Positions 1-8,244 of a DNA stretch of 20,000 nucleotides are shown piece by piece. Within the stretch, counting starts at the first letter, position 1. Each line of letters opens with the position of its first letter. A program made the position numbers and the translations under genes. Below the pieces are notes generated by a model. That model did not search any database. It was not told the DNA's origin and saw only the letters and a list, made by a program, of their open reading frames with translations. Source of the stretch: an uncultured virus (IMG/VR IMGVR_UViG_2636416135_000002) (lineage: Duplodnaviria > Heunggongvirae > Uroviricota > Caudoviricetes); IMG/VR virus record IMGVR_UViG_2636416135_000002, one strand, 5' to 3'.

Positions 1-1
1 A

Positions 2-877
2 GCATTGGAAAAAGCAAACCCGAACCACTTTGCAGTAAGGCAGTATAAAAAATTCAAATTAGCCGCTGGCAAGACTTCAAAATCGATCCTTATTTCATGC
101 GGAGCAAGGCTTGCACCGTTTGACATTGAAGAACTTAGAGAGATAACTGCTTATGATGAACTGGAACTAGATACCCTTGGAGATAGGAAAACAGCATTGT
201 TTTTGATTATGTCCGATACTGACGGAACCTTTAACTTTCTGATTTCCATGATCTATACGCAGCTTTTCAATCTGCTGTGCGAAAAAGCTGATGATGTGTA
301 TGGCGGAAGACTTCCTGTTCATGTGAGGTGCTTGATTGATGAAGCTGCTAACATCGGTCAGATACCCAATTTGGAAAAATTAGTAGCAACGATCCGAAGT
401 CGTGAAATTTCAGCCTGCTTGGTACTTCAGGCACAGTCGCAGCTGAAGGCAATCTATAAAGACAATGCTGACACGATTATCGGAAATATGGATTCAAGAA
501 TATTCCTAGGCGGAGCTGAGCCGACAACACTAAAGGAACTTAACCAAGCTCTGGGCAAGGAAACGATCGACACCTACAACACATCGGATACCAGAGGAAA
601 CAGTCCGTCATACGGAACAAATTATCAAAAGCTCGGCAAGGATCTGATGACGGTTGATGAGCTGTCGGTACTGGACGGTTCCAAGTGTATTTTGCAGCTT
701 AGGGGCGTCAGACCGTTTCTATCGGATAAGTATGATCTGACGCAGCACCCGAACTACAAGCTCACATCGGACTACGACAAGAAGAACACATTTGATATCG
801 AGAAGTTCTTGAACCGAAAACTAAAACTGAATCAAGATGATGTCTATGAAGTCATAGAGATCGATAAAGAAACCTAA
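2..877 (+). CDS. virD4: VirD4/TraG-family type IV coupling protein, C-terminal part (5'-truncated by window edge)
   Basis: Motifs AGKTSKSILISCGARLAPFD, LIDEAANIGQIP (Walker B region), ATIRSREIS, LQAQSQLKAIYKD; frame open from position 2. Confidence 0.93.
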   Translation, partial: ALEKANPNHFAVRQYKKFKLAAGKTSKSILISCGARLAPFDIEELREITAYDELELDTLGDRKTALFLIMSDTDGTFNFLISMIYTQLFNLLCEKADDVYGGRLPVHVRCLIDEAANIGQIPNLEKLVATIRSREISACLVLQAQSQLKAIYKDNADTIIGNMDSRIFLGGAEPTTLKELNQALGKETIDTYNTSDTRGNSPSYGTNYQKLGKDLMTVDELSVLDGSKCILQLRGVRPFLSDKYDLTQHPNYKLTSDYDKKNTFDIEKFLNRKLKLNQDDVYEVIEIDKET

Positions 878-919
878 ATCTATCCTCTGCCGGTGCAGAA
901 AAACGATAGGTTTATTTTT
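875..919 (+). terminator. Putative intrinsic terminator/hairpin after virD4
   Basis: TAAATCTATC (875-884) pairs with GATAGGTTTA (905-914, one G.U); inner stem TCTGC/GCAGA (886-890/895-899); followed by TTTTT (915-919). Confidence 0.5.
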
Positions 920-1041
920 ATGCCTGAATGCTCTGCACAGGACAAGCTGACATGGCAAATGAAGTGAAAAGAAAGGTCGAAAGGTGCAGGCATAGGCGAA
1001 CACACAAAAAACAAAAGTTAAAAATATGGAGGAAATGAATC

Positions 1042-1254
1042 ATGGAATTTTTTAACAGTGCAGTAGATGTATTACAGACTTTGGTAGTGGCTCTTGGAGC
1101 AGGACTTGGCGTATGGGGAGCAATCAACTTGCTTGAAGGCTACGGTAACGACAATCCGGGTGCGAAATCGCAGGGAATGAAGCAGCTTATGGCTGGTGGC
1201 GGAGTTGCTCTTATCGGTATCACTCTTATTCCGCTTCTTTCTGGATTGTTCTAA
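1042..1254 (+). CDS. Maff2-family small membrane protein (VirB2-like pilin candidate)
   Basis: 70 aa, two hydrophobic segments around LLEGYGNDNPGAKSQGMKQLMAGGG; GGAGG RBS upstream; expected position after virD4. Confidence 0.88.
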   Translation: MEFFNSAVDVLQTLVVALGAGLGVWGAINLLEGYGNDNPGAKSQGMKQLMAGGGVALIGITLIPLLSGLF

Positions 1255-1272
1255 GAGATGGAGGGCTAGCAT

Positions 1273-2139
1273 TTGGAAGGCATACTCGAACAGATAACCA
1301 ATTGGTTGAAGGAAATGCTCGTTGGCGGCATTATGGATAATCTGTCGGGGATGTTTGATTCTGTCAACCAGCAGGTTGGCGAAATTGCGGTAGAAGTGGG
1401 AATGACTCCGGAAGTTTTTTCACCCGGAGTCTTTTCCATGATTCGTAATGTATCCGAATCAGTCATTATCCCGATTGCAGGATTGATTTTGACTTTTATC
1501 GCCTGTTACGAGCTGATACAGATGATTATCGATCACAATAATCTCAACAATTTTGAAACATGGATCTTTTTCAAGTGGATCTTCAAGACCTTTGTTGCTG
1601 TCATGCTGATAACCAACACTTTCAATATCACGATGGCTGTCTTTGATATAGCAAATCATGTGATAGAAGCAAGCGGAGGCATTATTTCCGGCGATACAGC
1701 GATAGATCCGGGAATGCTGGACGCTCTTGAAGAAACGCTGATGGAAATGGATGTCGGACCGCTTCTTGGTCTGTTCCTTCAGTCGCTGATCGTGCAGATT
1801 ACGATGTCGGTGCTGTCGATTGTGATTTTTATCATCGTCTATGGAAGAATGATTGAGATCTATTTAATGACGAGCTTGGCTCCTATTCCGTTATCGACAT
1901 TCGGAAACAGAGAACAAAGCCAAGTCGGACAGAACTATCTGAGGTCGCTGTTTGCATTAGGTTTTCAAGGCTTCTTGATCATGATATGCGTCGGTATCTA
2001 TGCGGTACTGATCAGTGAGCTGGCATTAAGCGATGACATCATCATGTCGATATGGGGAATCATGGGTTACACCATTCTGCTTTGCTTTACGCTGTTCAAG
2101 ACAGGAAGCTTGGCAAAGAGCGTATTCAATGCCCATTAA
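1273..2139 (+). CDS. VirB6/TrbL-like polytopic conjugation membrane protein
   Basis: 288 aa with multiple hydrophobic helices; motifs YGRMIEIYL, LAPIPLSTF, GQNYLRSLFALGFQGFLI; TTG start after GGAGG. Confidence 0.85.
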   Translation: MEGILEQITNWLKEMLVGGIMDNLSGMFDSVNQQVGEIAVEVGMTPEVFSPGVFSMIRNVSESVIIPIAGLILTFIACYELIQMIIDHNNLNNFETWIFFKWIFKTFVAVMLITNTFNITMAVFDIANHVIEASGGIISGDTAIDPGMLDALEETLMEMDVGPLLGLFLQSLIVQITMSVLSIVIFIIVYGRMIEIYLMTSLAPIPLSTFGNREQSQVGQNYLRSLFALGFQGFLIMICVGIYAVLISELALSDDIIMSIWGIMGYTILLCFTLFKTGSLAKSVFNAH

Positions 2140-2150
2140 GGAGGTCGCAG

Positions 2151-2711
2151 ATGAAGAAATACAATGTAATCTATGTCGATCCCCCTTGGAGCTATCGTGT
2201 ATGGAGCGACAAAGGAAAAGGACGCTCTGCGGAAAGCCATTATTCGACGATGAGTATTGAGGATATCAAGAAGCTGCCCATAGGAAAACTGGCAGATAAG
2301 GATTGTGCTTTGTTTATGTGGATCACATTCCCTTTGCTTGAAGAAATGGGCGAAGTATTGAAGGCTTGGGGATTCAAATACAAGACGGTGGCTTTCGTAT
2401 GGATCAAGCAGAACAAGAAATCGGATTCTTTGTTCTGGGGAATGGGTTATTGGACAAGAGCCAATGCAGAGATCTGTATCTTGGCGACAAAAGGAAGTCC
2501 GAAACGATGTTCCAAAGGGATTCATCAAGTCATCGTTTCCCATATTGAAAGGCACAGCAAAAAACCGGAAGAAGCAAGAAAGCGTATAGAGAAGCTGATG
2601 GGCGATGTTCCTAAGATTGAACTGTTTGCAAGAGAAAAAGCAGAGGATTGGGATACTTGGGGAAATGAAGCACCTGATGGCATATCTATACCGGAATTGG
2701 AGGTGGTCTAA
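2151..2711 (+). CDS. MT-A70-family adenine methyltransferase (orphan)
   Basis: IYVDPPWSY catalytic motif, GMGYWTRANAEICILATKG, HSKKP, IELFAR. Start moved to ATG 2151 behind AAGGAGGT; the ORF-track start 2052 overlaps the previous gene. Confidence 0.9.
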   Translation: MKKYNVIYVDPPWSYRVWSDKGKGRSAESHYSTMSIEDIKKLPIGKLADKDCALFMWITFPLLEEMGEVLKAWGFKYKTVAFVWIKQNKKSDSLFWGMGYWTRANAEICILATKGSPKRCSKGIHQVIVSHIERHSKKPEEARKRIEKLMGDVPKIELFAREKAEDWDTWGNEAPDGISIPELEVV

Positions 2712-3161
2712 ATGGCAGCGTATGTACCGGTTCCTCGTGATCTGACACGAGTGAAATCGAAGATATTTTTTAATTTGACGAAAAGGCAGCTGCTTTGTTT
2801 TGGTGCAGCGGCACTGATTGGCTTGCCGGTATTCTTTCTGCTACGAATGAGTGGCAATGTGAGCTTGGCAGTCATCGGCATGATGATCGTCATGCTTCCG
2901 CTGTTCTTTCTTGCAATGTATGAAAAAGACGGACAGCCGCTTGAAGTCATAGCGAAGCATTTTATCGAAAGCAGATTTATTCGTCCGAAGGAAAGACCTT
3001 ATAGGACGGACAACTATTATGCGGCATTGATGAGGCAGTGCCAGCTAGAGAAGGAGGTAGAGGCGATTATTTTCAATTCTCAAAAAGAAAAAATCGGCAG
3101 ACATCAATCTGCCAAGCAATCTGACAAAAAAACAAGAAAAAGAAATCAGGAAGCTGATTGA
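2712..3161 (+). CDS. prgI: PrgI-family conjugation protein (VirB3-like)
   Basis: YVPVPRDLTRVKSKIFFNLTKRQL N-terminus, two TM helices, YEKDGQPLE and RPYRTDNYY motifs; directly before virB4. Confidence 0.9.
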   Translation: MAAYVPVPRDLTRVKSKIFFNLTKRQLLCFGAAALIGLPVFFLLRMSGNVSLAVIGMMIVMLPLFFLAMYEKDGQPLEVIAKHFIESRFIRPKERPYRTDNYYAALMRQCQLEKEVEAIIFNSQKEKIGRHQSAKQSDKKTRKRNQEAD

Positions 3162-5499
3162 AAATGCCAAGAGATATGACGGGATTCCAAGAACTGCACA
3201 GCAGTCGATTCCTTTTCAGAGAATGTTTCCCGATGGTATTTGCAGAGTAAGGGAAAATTACTATACAAAGACTTTGCAGTTTCAGGACATCAACTATCAG
3301 CTTGCCCAGCAGGAAGATCAAAAGGCAATCTTTGAGGAATGGTGCAGCTTTCTTAATTTCTTTGACAGCTCGATTCACTTTGAGCTGTCTTTTATGAATA
3401 TGAGTACGGACGCTGAAAGCTTTGAAAAGAATATCCGTATCCCCCATCAGAAAGATGAGTTCAATCCGATACGAAACGAGTATACGCAGATGCTGAAGTC
3501 GCAGCTTGCTCAAGGAAACAACGGACTTACAAAAGCCAAGTATCTGACTTTTGGTATCGAAGCAGAATCCATGAAGCAGGCGAAGCCAAGACTGGAGCAT
3601 GTGCAGACGGATTTGCTGAACAATTATCGAAGATTGGGCGTTAGTGCAAAGGTATTGAATGGGAAGGAACGCTTGCAGCTTATGCACTCCATTTTTCACA
3701 TGGGAGATCAAGAGAAGTTTATGTTTGAATGGGAATGGCTTGTAGAATCCGGTTTATCGGTAAAAGATTTTATTGCACCGACTTCATTCGGCTTTCATGG
3801 AAACCGAGTGTTTCAGATGGGCGAAGTCTACGGAGCGATGTCCTATCTTGCGATTACTGCTTCTGATTTAAGCGACCAGATGTTGAAGGATTTCTTGGAT
3901 ATGGATTCCTCGCAGATCGTTACTATGCATATTCAGTCGGTGGATCAGACTTCAGCTATCAAGAAAGTGAAGCATACGATTACGGAACTTGACCGTTCCA
4001 AGATCGAGGAGCAGAAGAAAGCAGTTCGCTCCGGTTATGATATGGACATCATTCCATCAGATTTGGCGACCTATGGGAAAGACGCAAAGGCACTCTTGAA
4101 AGAGTTGCAGAGTCAGAACGAGCGAATGTTCTTATTGACATTCCTTGTTATGAATATCGGCAAGACGAAACAGGAACTTGAAAACAATGTGTTTCAGGCG
4201 AAATCTATTGCTCAGAAGCACAACTGCATTTTAAGAAGGCTTGATTATCAGCAGGAGAACGCTTTGATGAGTAGCCTTCCTTTAGCGAACAATCTCATTG
4301 AGATCCAAAGAGGACTGACGACCTCAAGCACAGCGATCTTCGTTCCTTTTACGACGCAGGAGCTTTTTCAAAGCGGAAATGAATCTCTTTACTATGGACT
4401 GAACGCTCTTTCCAACAATCTGATTATGGTGGATCGCAAGAAACTAAAGAATCCTAACGGGTTGGTATTGGGAACGCCGGGTTCTGGAAAAAGTTTCAGT
4501 GCAAAAAGAGAAATTGCCAACTGCTTCTTGGCAACCGATGATGACATCATTATCTGTGATCCGGAGTCGGAATATACAGCACTTGTATATAAGTTCAAGG
4601 GACAGGTGGTAAAGATCAGTCCGAGCAGTACGCAGTTCATCAATCCGATGGACATCAATGCCAATTATTCGGAGGAAGATAATCCGATTGCATTGAAAGC
4701 TGATTTTGTCTTGTCTTTATGCGAGCTTATCGTTGGTGGAAAAGATGGATTGCAGCCGATTGAAAAGACGGTAATCGACCGTTGTGTTCATCAGATTTAT
4801 CAGCGATATTTTGAAAATCCGGTGCCGGAGAATATGCCGCTTTTAGAGGATTTGTATCAAGCGTTATTGGCACAGGAAGAAAAAGAAGCTCATCATGTAG
4901 CCACAGCCCTTGAAATCTATGTCAAAGGTTCGTTGAACCTGTTCAATCATAGAACGAATGTGGATATCAATAACCGATTGGTGTGCTACGACATCAAGGA
5001 GCTTGGAAAACAATTAAAGAAAATCGGAATGCTTGTGGTACAGGATCAGGTATGGGGACGAGTAACCGCAAACCGTAATGCAGGTAAAGCGACACGCTAT
5101 TATATGGACGAGTTCCATCTGCTTCTAAAGGAAGAACAGACAGCAGCGTATTCGGTTGAGATCTGGAAAAGATTTCGTAAATGGGGCGGTATCCCGACAG
5201 GAATTACCCAGAATGTAAAAGATCTTTTATCAAGTCGAGAAGTAGAAAATATCTTTGAAAACTCTGACTTCATTTATATGCTGAACCAAGCGTCCGGCGA
5301 TAGGCAGATTCTAGCCAATCAGCTGAATATCTCTCCTCACCAGCTTTCTTTTGTAACGCATTCCGGTGAGGGCGAAGGCTTGCTGTTTTATGGCAATGTG
5401 ATTCTGCCATTTGTAGACAGATTCCCGACTGACCTTGAGTTGTATCGCATAATGACGACAAAATTATCTGAAGTAAGCGAGAAAGCTGAGGTGCAGTAA
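3067..5499 (+). CDS. virB4: VirB4/TrsE-family conjugation ATPase (start uncertain: TTA 3067 at the RBS versus first ATG 3223)
   Basis: Walker A GTPGSGKS, IIICDPESEY, Walker B YMDEFH, KRFRKWGGIPTGITQNV. Frame is open from 3061 and encodes the TAQQSIP motif upstream of ATG 3223. Confidence 0.92.
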   Translation, partial: LFSILKKKKSADINLPSNLTKKQEKEIRKLIENAKRYDGIPRTAQQSIPFQRMFPDGICRVRENYYTKTLQFQDINYQLAQQEDQKAIFEEWCSFLNFFDSSIHFELSFMNMSTDAESFEKNIRIPHQKDEFNPIRNEYTQMLKSQLAQGNNGLTKAKYLTFGIEAESMKQAKPRLEHVQTDLLNNYRRLGVSAKVLNGKERLQLMHSIFHMGDQEKFMFEWEWLVESGLSVKDFIAPTSFGFHGNRVFQMGEVYGAMSYLAITASDLSDQMLKDFLDMDSSQIVTMHIQSVDQTSAIKKVKHTITELDRSKIEEQKKAVRSGYDMDIIPSDLATYGKDAKALLKELQSQNERMFLLTFLVMNIGKTKQELENNVFQAKSIAQKHNCILRRLDYQQENALMSSLPLANNLIEIQRGLTTSSTAIFVPFTTQELFQSGNESLYYGLNALSNNLIMVDRKKLKNPNGLVLGTPGSGKSFSAKREIANCFLATDDDIIICDPESEYTALVYKFKGQVVKISPSSTQFINPMDINANYSEEDNPIALKADFVLSLCELIVGGKDGLQPIEKTVIDRCVHQIYQRYFENPVPENMPLLEDLYQALLAQEEKEAHHVATALEIYVKGSLNLFNHRTNVDINNRLVCYDIKELGKQLKKIGMLVVQDQVWGRVTANRNAGKATRYYMDEFHLLLKEEQTAAYSVEIWKRFRKWGGIPTGITQNVKDLLSSREVENIFENSDFIYMLNQASGDRQILANQLNISPHQLSFVTHSGEGEGLLFYGNVILPFVDRFPTDLELYRIMTTKLSEVSEKAEVQ

Positions 5500-7217
5500 T
5501 GAAGAAAAAGACGACACGCTTGAAATTCACAGAAGATGATCTTCGTAATGACAAGGTGGCGAAAGCACATCAGAAGGCAGAAAAAATCGCAGATAGGTCG
5601 GATAAGGCAAAAAGCAAGATAATTACTGACAAGGAAAGGGCAGCAACCCGTTCTGAAAAGCTCCGATTTGCTAAGGCGGAGGTGGCAATGGAGAATATCA
5701 AGACGCCATCAAAGCTGAAGCGAGCTGCTACGCTTGGAGGCACTGCGGTGGTTTCTAAAGGCGTGCATGAGGTTCTTTCCAAGAATGAAGATGAAAATGC
5801 CGGTGTAGATTCAGCTAGGCAAAGCGGAAGCTTGGCAGAAGCTTCAGTTCGCAGTTTGGAACAGGCTCATTACAGCCATAAGATGAAGAAATACAGCAAG
5901 GCAGAACGATTGGAAAAGAAGGCGGACAAAGCCAATATCAATACGCTTTATGAAAAGCAGAAAAGCGTAGAGCCTTCTTCCAATCCTTTTTCACGATGGA
6001 AACAGAAGCAAGCTATCAAGAAAGAATATGCAGCAGCCAAGGCTGGGAAAGGAGCGAAAGAAGCAGCCGGTACGACTAAGACTGCGACCAAGAATACGAA
6101 GAAATTTACTGAAAAGATCGGTGGATTTGTATCGAAGCATTCCCATACGATTTTGCTTGTATTGGGGTTCGGTCTTGTCCTTACGCTTCTTCTTGGAGCA
6201 TTTTCTTCCTGTTCCGTCATGTTTCATGGCGGTATGAATACAGTCCTTGGAACTTCCTATACAGCAGAAGATGAGGACATCATCGGAGCAAATGATGATT
6301 ACAAAGCACTGGAAGCCGGCTTGCAGTCAAAAATCAACAATATCGAAAGCACCCACTCCGGCTATGATGAGTACCGATACCAGTTGGACGAAATCAACCA
6401 CAATCCCTATGAGCTGACTTCCTATCTGACAGTTATGTTTGAGGATTACAGCAGAGCAGAGGTACAGGATATTTTAAGAGAACTATTTGAGCGTCAGTAT
6501 GAGCTTTCCACAAGGGAAGAAATTGAGATAAGAACAAGAACGGAAACAAGGACTGGGACAAGAGAAGTTACAGATCCCGAAACAGGAGAAACAACGACGG
6601 AAGAATATGAATATGAGGTAGAAGTTGAATATGAGTATCGTATTCTTCATGTAACGCTGAAAAACAAGGGACTTGGAACAGTCATTGCCGGTATGGGCAT
6701 GAGTGACGATGAGATGGAGCGATATGCAGTATTGCTTCAGACACGAGGCAATCGAGCCTACTTGTTTGAAGATGATATTTACTCCAATCCGACCGGACCA
6801 TATACGGACTATGACATTCCGGGAGAGGCACTGACTGATGAAAAGTTTGCCAAGATGATCAAAGAAGCAGAAAAATATCTCGGTTATCCTTATGTGTGGG
6901 GTGGTTCTTCTCCGTCAACAAGTTTTGACTGCTCTGGATTTGTATCGTGGGTAATCAATAACTGTGGGAATGGTTGGAATGTCGGCAGGCAGACTGCTGA
7001 GAGCTTGCGAAGAATGTGCGATATTATCCCACCAAGCGAAGCAAAGCCGGGTGATCTTGTTTTCTTTCAAGGCACTTATGAAACAAGCGGAGCTTCGCAT
7101 ATCGGTATCTATGTAGGAAACGGTATGATGATCCATTGCGGGAATCCGATTTCTTATGCTTCGATTGAAGTACCATACTGGCAGCAGCATTTTTATTGTT
7201 ACGGAAGATTGCGTTAA
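5499..7217 (+). CDS. Conjugation cell-wall hydrolase with C-terminal NlpC/P60 peptidase domain
   Basis: Lys/Ala-rich N-terminus, one TM segment, C-terminal YLGYPYVWGG...FDCSGFVSW...PGDLVFF...HIGIYVGNGMMIH; TAATG stop/start overlap with virB4. Confidence 0.92.
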   Translation: MKKKTTRLKFTEDDLRNDKVAKAHQKAEKIADRSDKAKSKIITDKERAATRSEKLRFAKAEVAMENIKTPSKLKRAATLGGTAVVSKGVHEVLSKNEDENAGVDSARQSGSLAEASVRSLEQAHYSHKMKKYSKAERLEKKADKANINTLYEKQKSVEPSSNPFSRWKQKQAIKKEYAAAKAGKGAKEAAGTTKTATKNTKKFTEKIGGFVSKHSHTILLVLGFGLVLTLLLGAFSSCSVMFHGGMNTVLGTSYTAEDEDIIGANDDYKALEAGLQSKINNIESTHSGYDEYRYQLDEINHNPYELTSYLTVMFEDYSRAEVQDILRELFERQYELSTREEIEIRTRTETRTGTREVTDPETGETTTEEYEYEVEVEYEYRILHVTLKNKGLGTVIAGMGMSDDEMERYAVLLQTRGNRAYLFEDDIYSNPTGPYTDYDIPGEALTDEKFAKMIKEAEKYLGYPYVWGGSSPSTSFDCSGFVSWVINNCGNGWNVGRQTAESLRRMCDIIPPSEAKPGDLVFFQGTYETSGASHIGIYVGNGMMIHCGNPISYASIEVPYWQQHFYCYGRLR

Positions 7218-7227
7218 GGAGGACATG

Positions 7228-7464
7228 ATGATAACGAGATTAGATAAAATCAAAGCAGATTTAGATAAAGCAAGGACAAAGCGTGATGAGTGGGAGCAGA
7301 GAGTGAAAGACCTTGAGAAAAAATACAAGGAAATGGAAAACACCATGATTCACGACATGGTTCATGCAGCAAACATTACACCGGAACAGTTGGCAGAGCT
7401 TATTCAAAAAGCAAATACCGCTGTTCCTTTTAAAATTACGGAGGGTATGGAAAATGACGATTAA
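7228..7464 (+). CDS. DUF4315-like small coiled-coil protein
   Basis: 78 aa, LDKIKADLDKAR...KYKEMENTMIHDMVHAANITPEQLAELI; AAGGAGG RBS at 7216-7222; usual position after the hydrolase. Confidence 0.8.
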   Translation: MITRLDKIKADLDKARTKRDEWEQRVKDLEKKYKEMENTMIHDMVHAANITPEQLAELIQKANTAVPFKITEGMENDD

Positions 7465-8122
7465 AAGAAGATTTGTATTGCCGGTTCTTATGGCAGTTAT
7501 GGTTATGGGACTTTTCGTGCCGACAACAGCTTATGCCAAAGCAAGCGAACAGCCGCCAGCGGAAACGACAGAAGAAACGAAAGAAGAACCAAAGCCGGAA
7601 AAGCCTTTGACACCAGACGGAAATCTTACGCTAGTTGATGATGTAGGAGCTGAATCAAGCGTAGGCAAGCAGTTTGTTACTTTGGTATCGAAGAACGGAA
7701 ACTATTTCTATTTGATTATCGATCGAGATGATAAGGGCAAAAGTACCGTTCATTTCTTGAACCAAGTCGATGAAGTGGATTTGATGTCGTTGATGGAAAC
7801 TGAGGACGCAGAAAAGCTTCAAGCAGAGCTGAATCAGAAAGAAGAACCAAAAATCGAGGAACAACAGCCAGAAGAAAAAGTTGAGGTCATAGAAGAACAT
7901 GAACCAGACAAACCAATGAACTTGCTTCCAGTCGTAGTTCTTGTGATTGTAATCATTGGTGGAGGTATCTTTGCGTTTATGAAGCTGAAGGAAAAGAAAA
8001 AGGCAGAAGAAACCAAACCAGATCCGGACGCTGACTACAATGATGATGAACTGGACGAAGATGATGAGCTTGATTACTTTGAAATTAACGAGGAAGATGA
8101 AGAAACAGAGGAAAAAGCTTAG
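7454..8122 (+). CDS. DUF4366-like surface/membrane protein
   Basis: Signal-peptide-like N-terminus (TTAYA), LTPDGNLTLVDD, KQFVTLVSKNGNYFYLIIDRD, VHFLNQVDEVDL, C-terminal TM helix and acidic tail; GGAGGG RBS before ATG 7454. Confidence 0.85.
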   Translation: MTIKRRFVLPVLMAVMVMGLFVPTTAYAKASEQPPAETTEETKEEPKPEKPLTPDGNLTLVDDVGAESSVGKQFVTLVSKNGNYFYLIIDRDDKGKSTVHFLNQVDEVDLMSLMETEDAEKLQAELNQKEEPKIEEQQPEEKVEVIEEHEPDKPMNLLPVVVLVIVIIGGGIFAFMKLKEKKKAEETKPDPDADYNDDELDEDDELDYFEINEEDEETEEKA

Positions 8123-8128
8123 TAAAAA

Positions 8129-8147
8129 GGCAGTCGTGAAGGCTGCC
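8129..8147. terminator. Short hairpin at the backbone/island junction
   Basis: GGCAGTC-GTGAA-GGCTGCC preceded by AAAAA (a T-tract on the - strand); no T-tract on the + strand. Confidence 0.35.
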
Positions 8148-8189
8148 GATACATATTTAATAAATTTTATAAATTTTTGCAATAACATA

Positions 8190-8219
8190 TTGACTGCACA
8201 ATTTGTGCAGGCTTATGAT
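8190..8219 (+). promoter_or_regulatory. Sigma70/A-type promoter with MerR-type operator
   Basis: -35 TTGACT (8190-8195), 18-nt spacer, -10 TATGAT (8214-8219). Perfect dyad CTGCACAA-T-TTGTGCAG (8194-8210) overlaps the -35/spacer. AT-rich ATAAATTTT x2 (8160-8177) lies upstream. Confidence 0.8.
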
Positions 8220-8244
8220 TTACTTGAAAAGAGAGGAGCTTAAC

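Noticed and set aside
2052..2150. ORF-track N-terminal extension of the MT-A70 gene
   Set aside because: Overlaps the virB6-like gene; the strong RBS and the family-like N-terminus point to ATG 2151.
3073..3711. 212-aa minus-strand ORF
   Set aside because: Antisense shadow of prgI/virB4 with no recognisable motif.
6530..6640. Repetitive TRTETRTGTREVTDPETGETTTEEYEYEVEVEYEY coding stretch
   Set aside because: Low-complexity protein segment of the hydrolase, not a DNA repeat array.
7655..8188. 177-aa Phe-rich minus-strand ORF
   Set aside because: Antisense of the Glu/Lys-rich (GAA/AAA) DUF4366-like gene; a compositional artefact.
8203..8244. ORF-track start of merR at 8203
   Set aside because: Lies inside the promoter/operator; the RBS supports ATG 8245.
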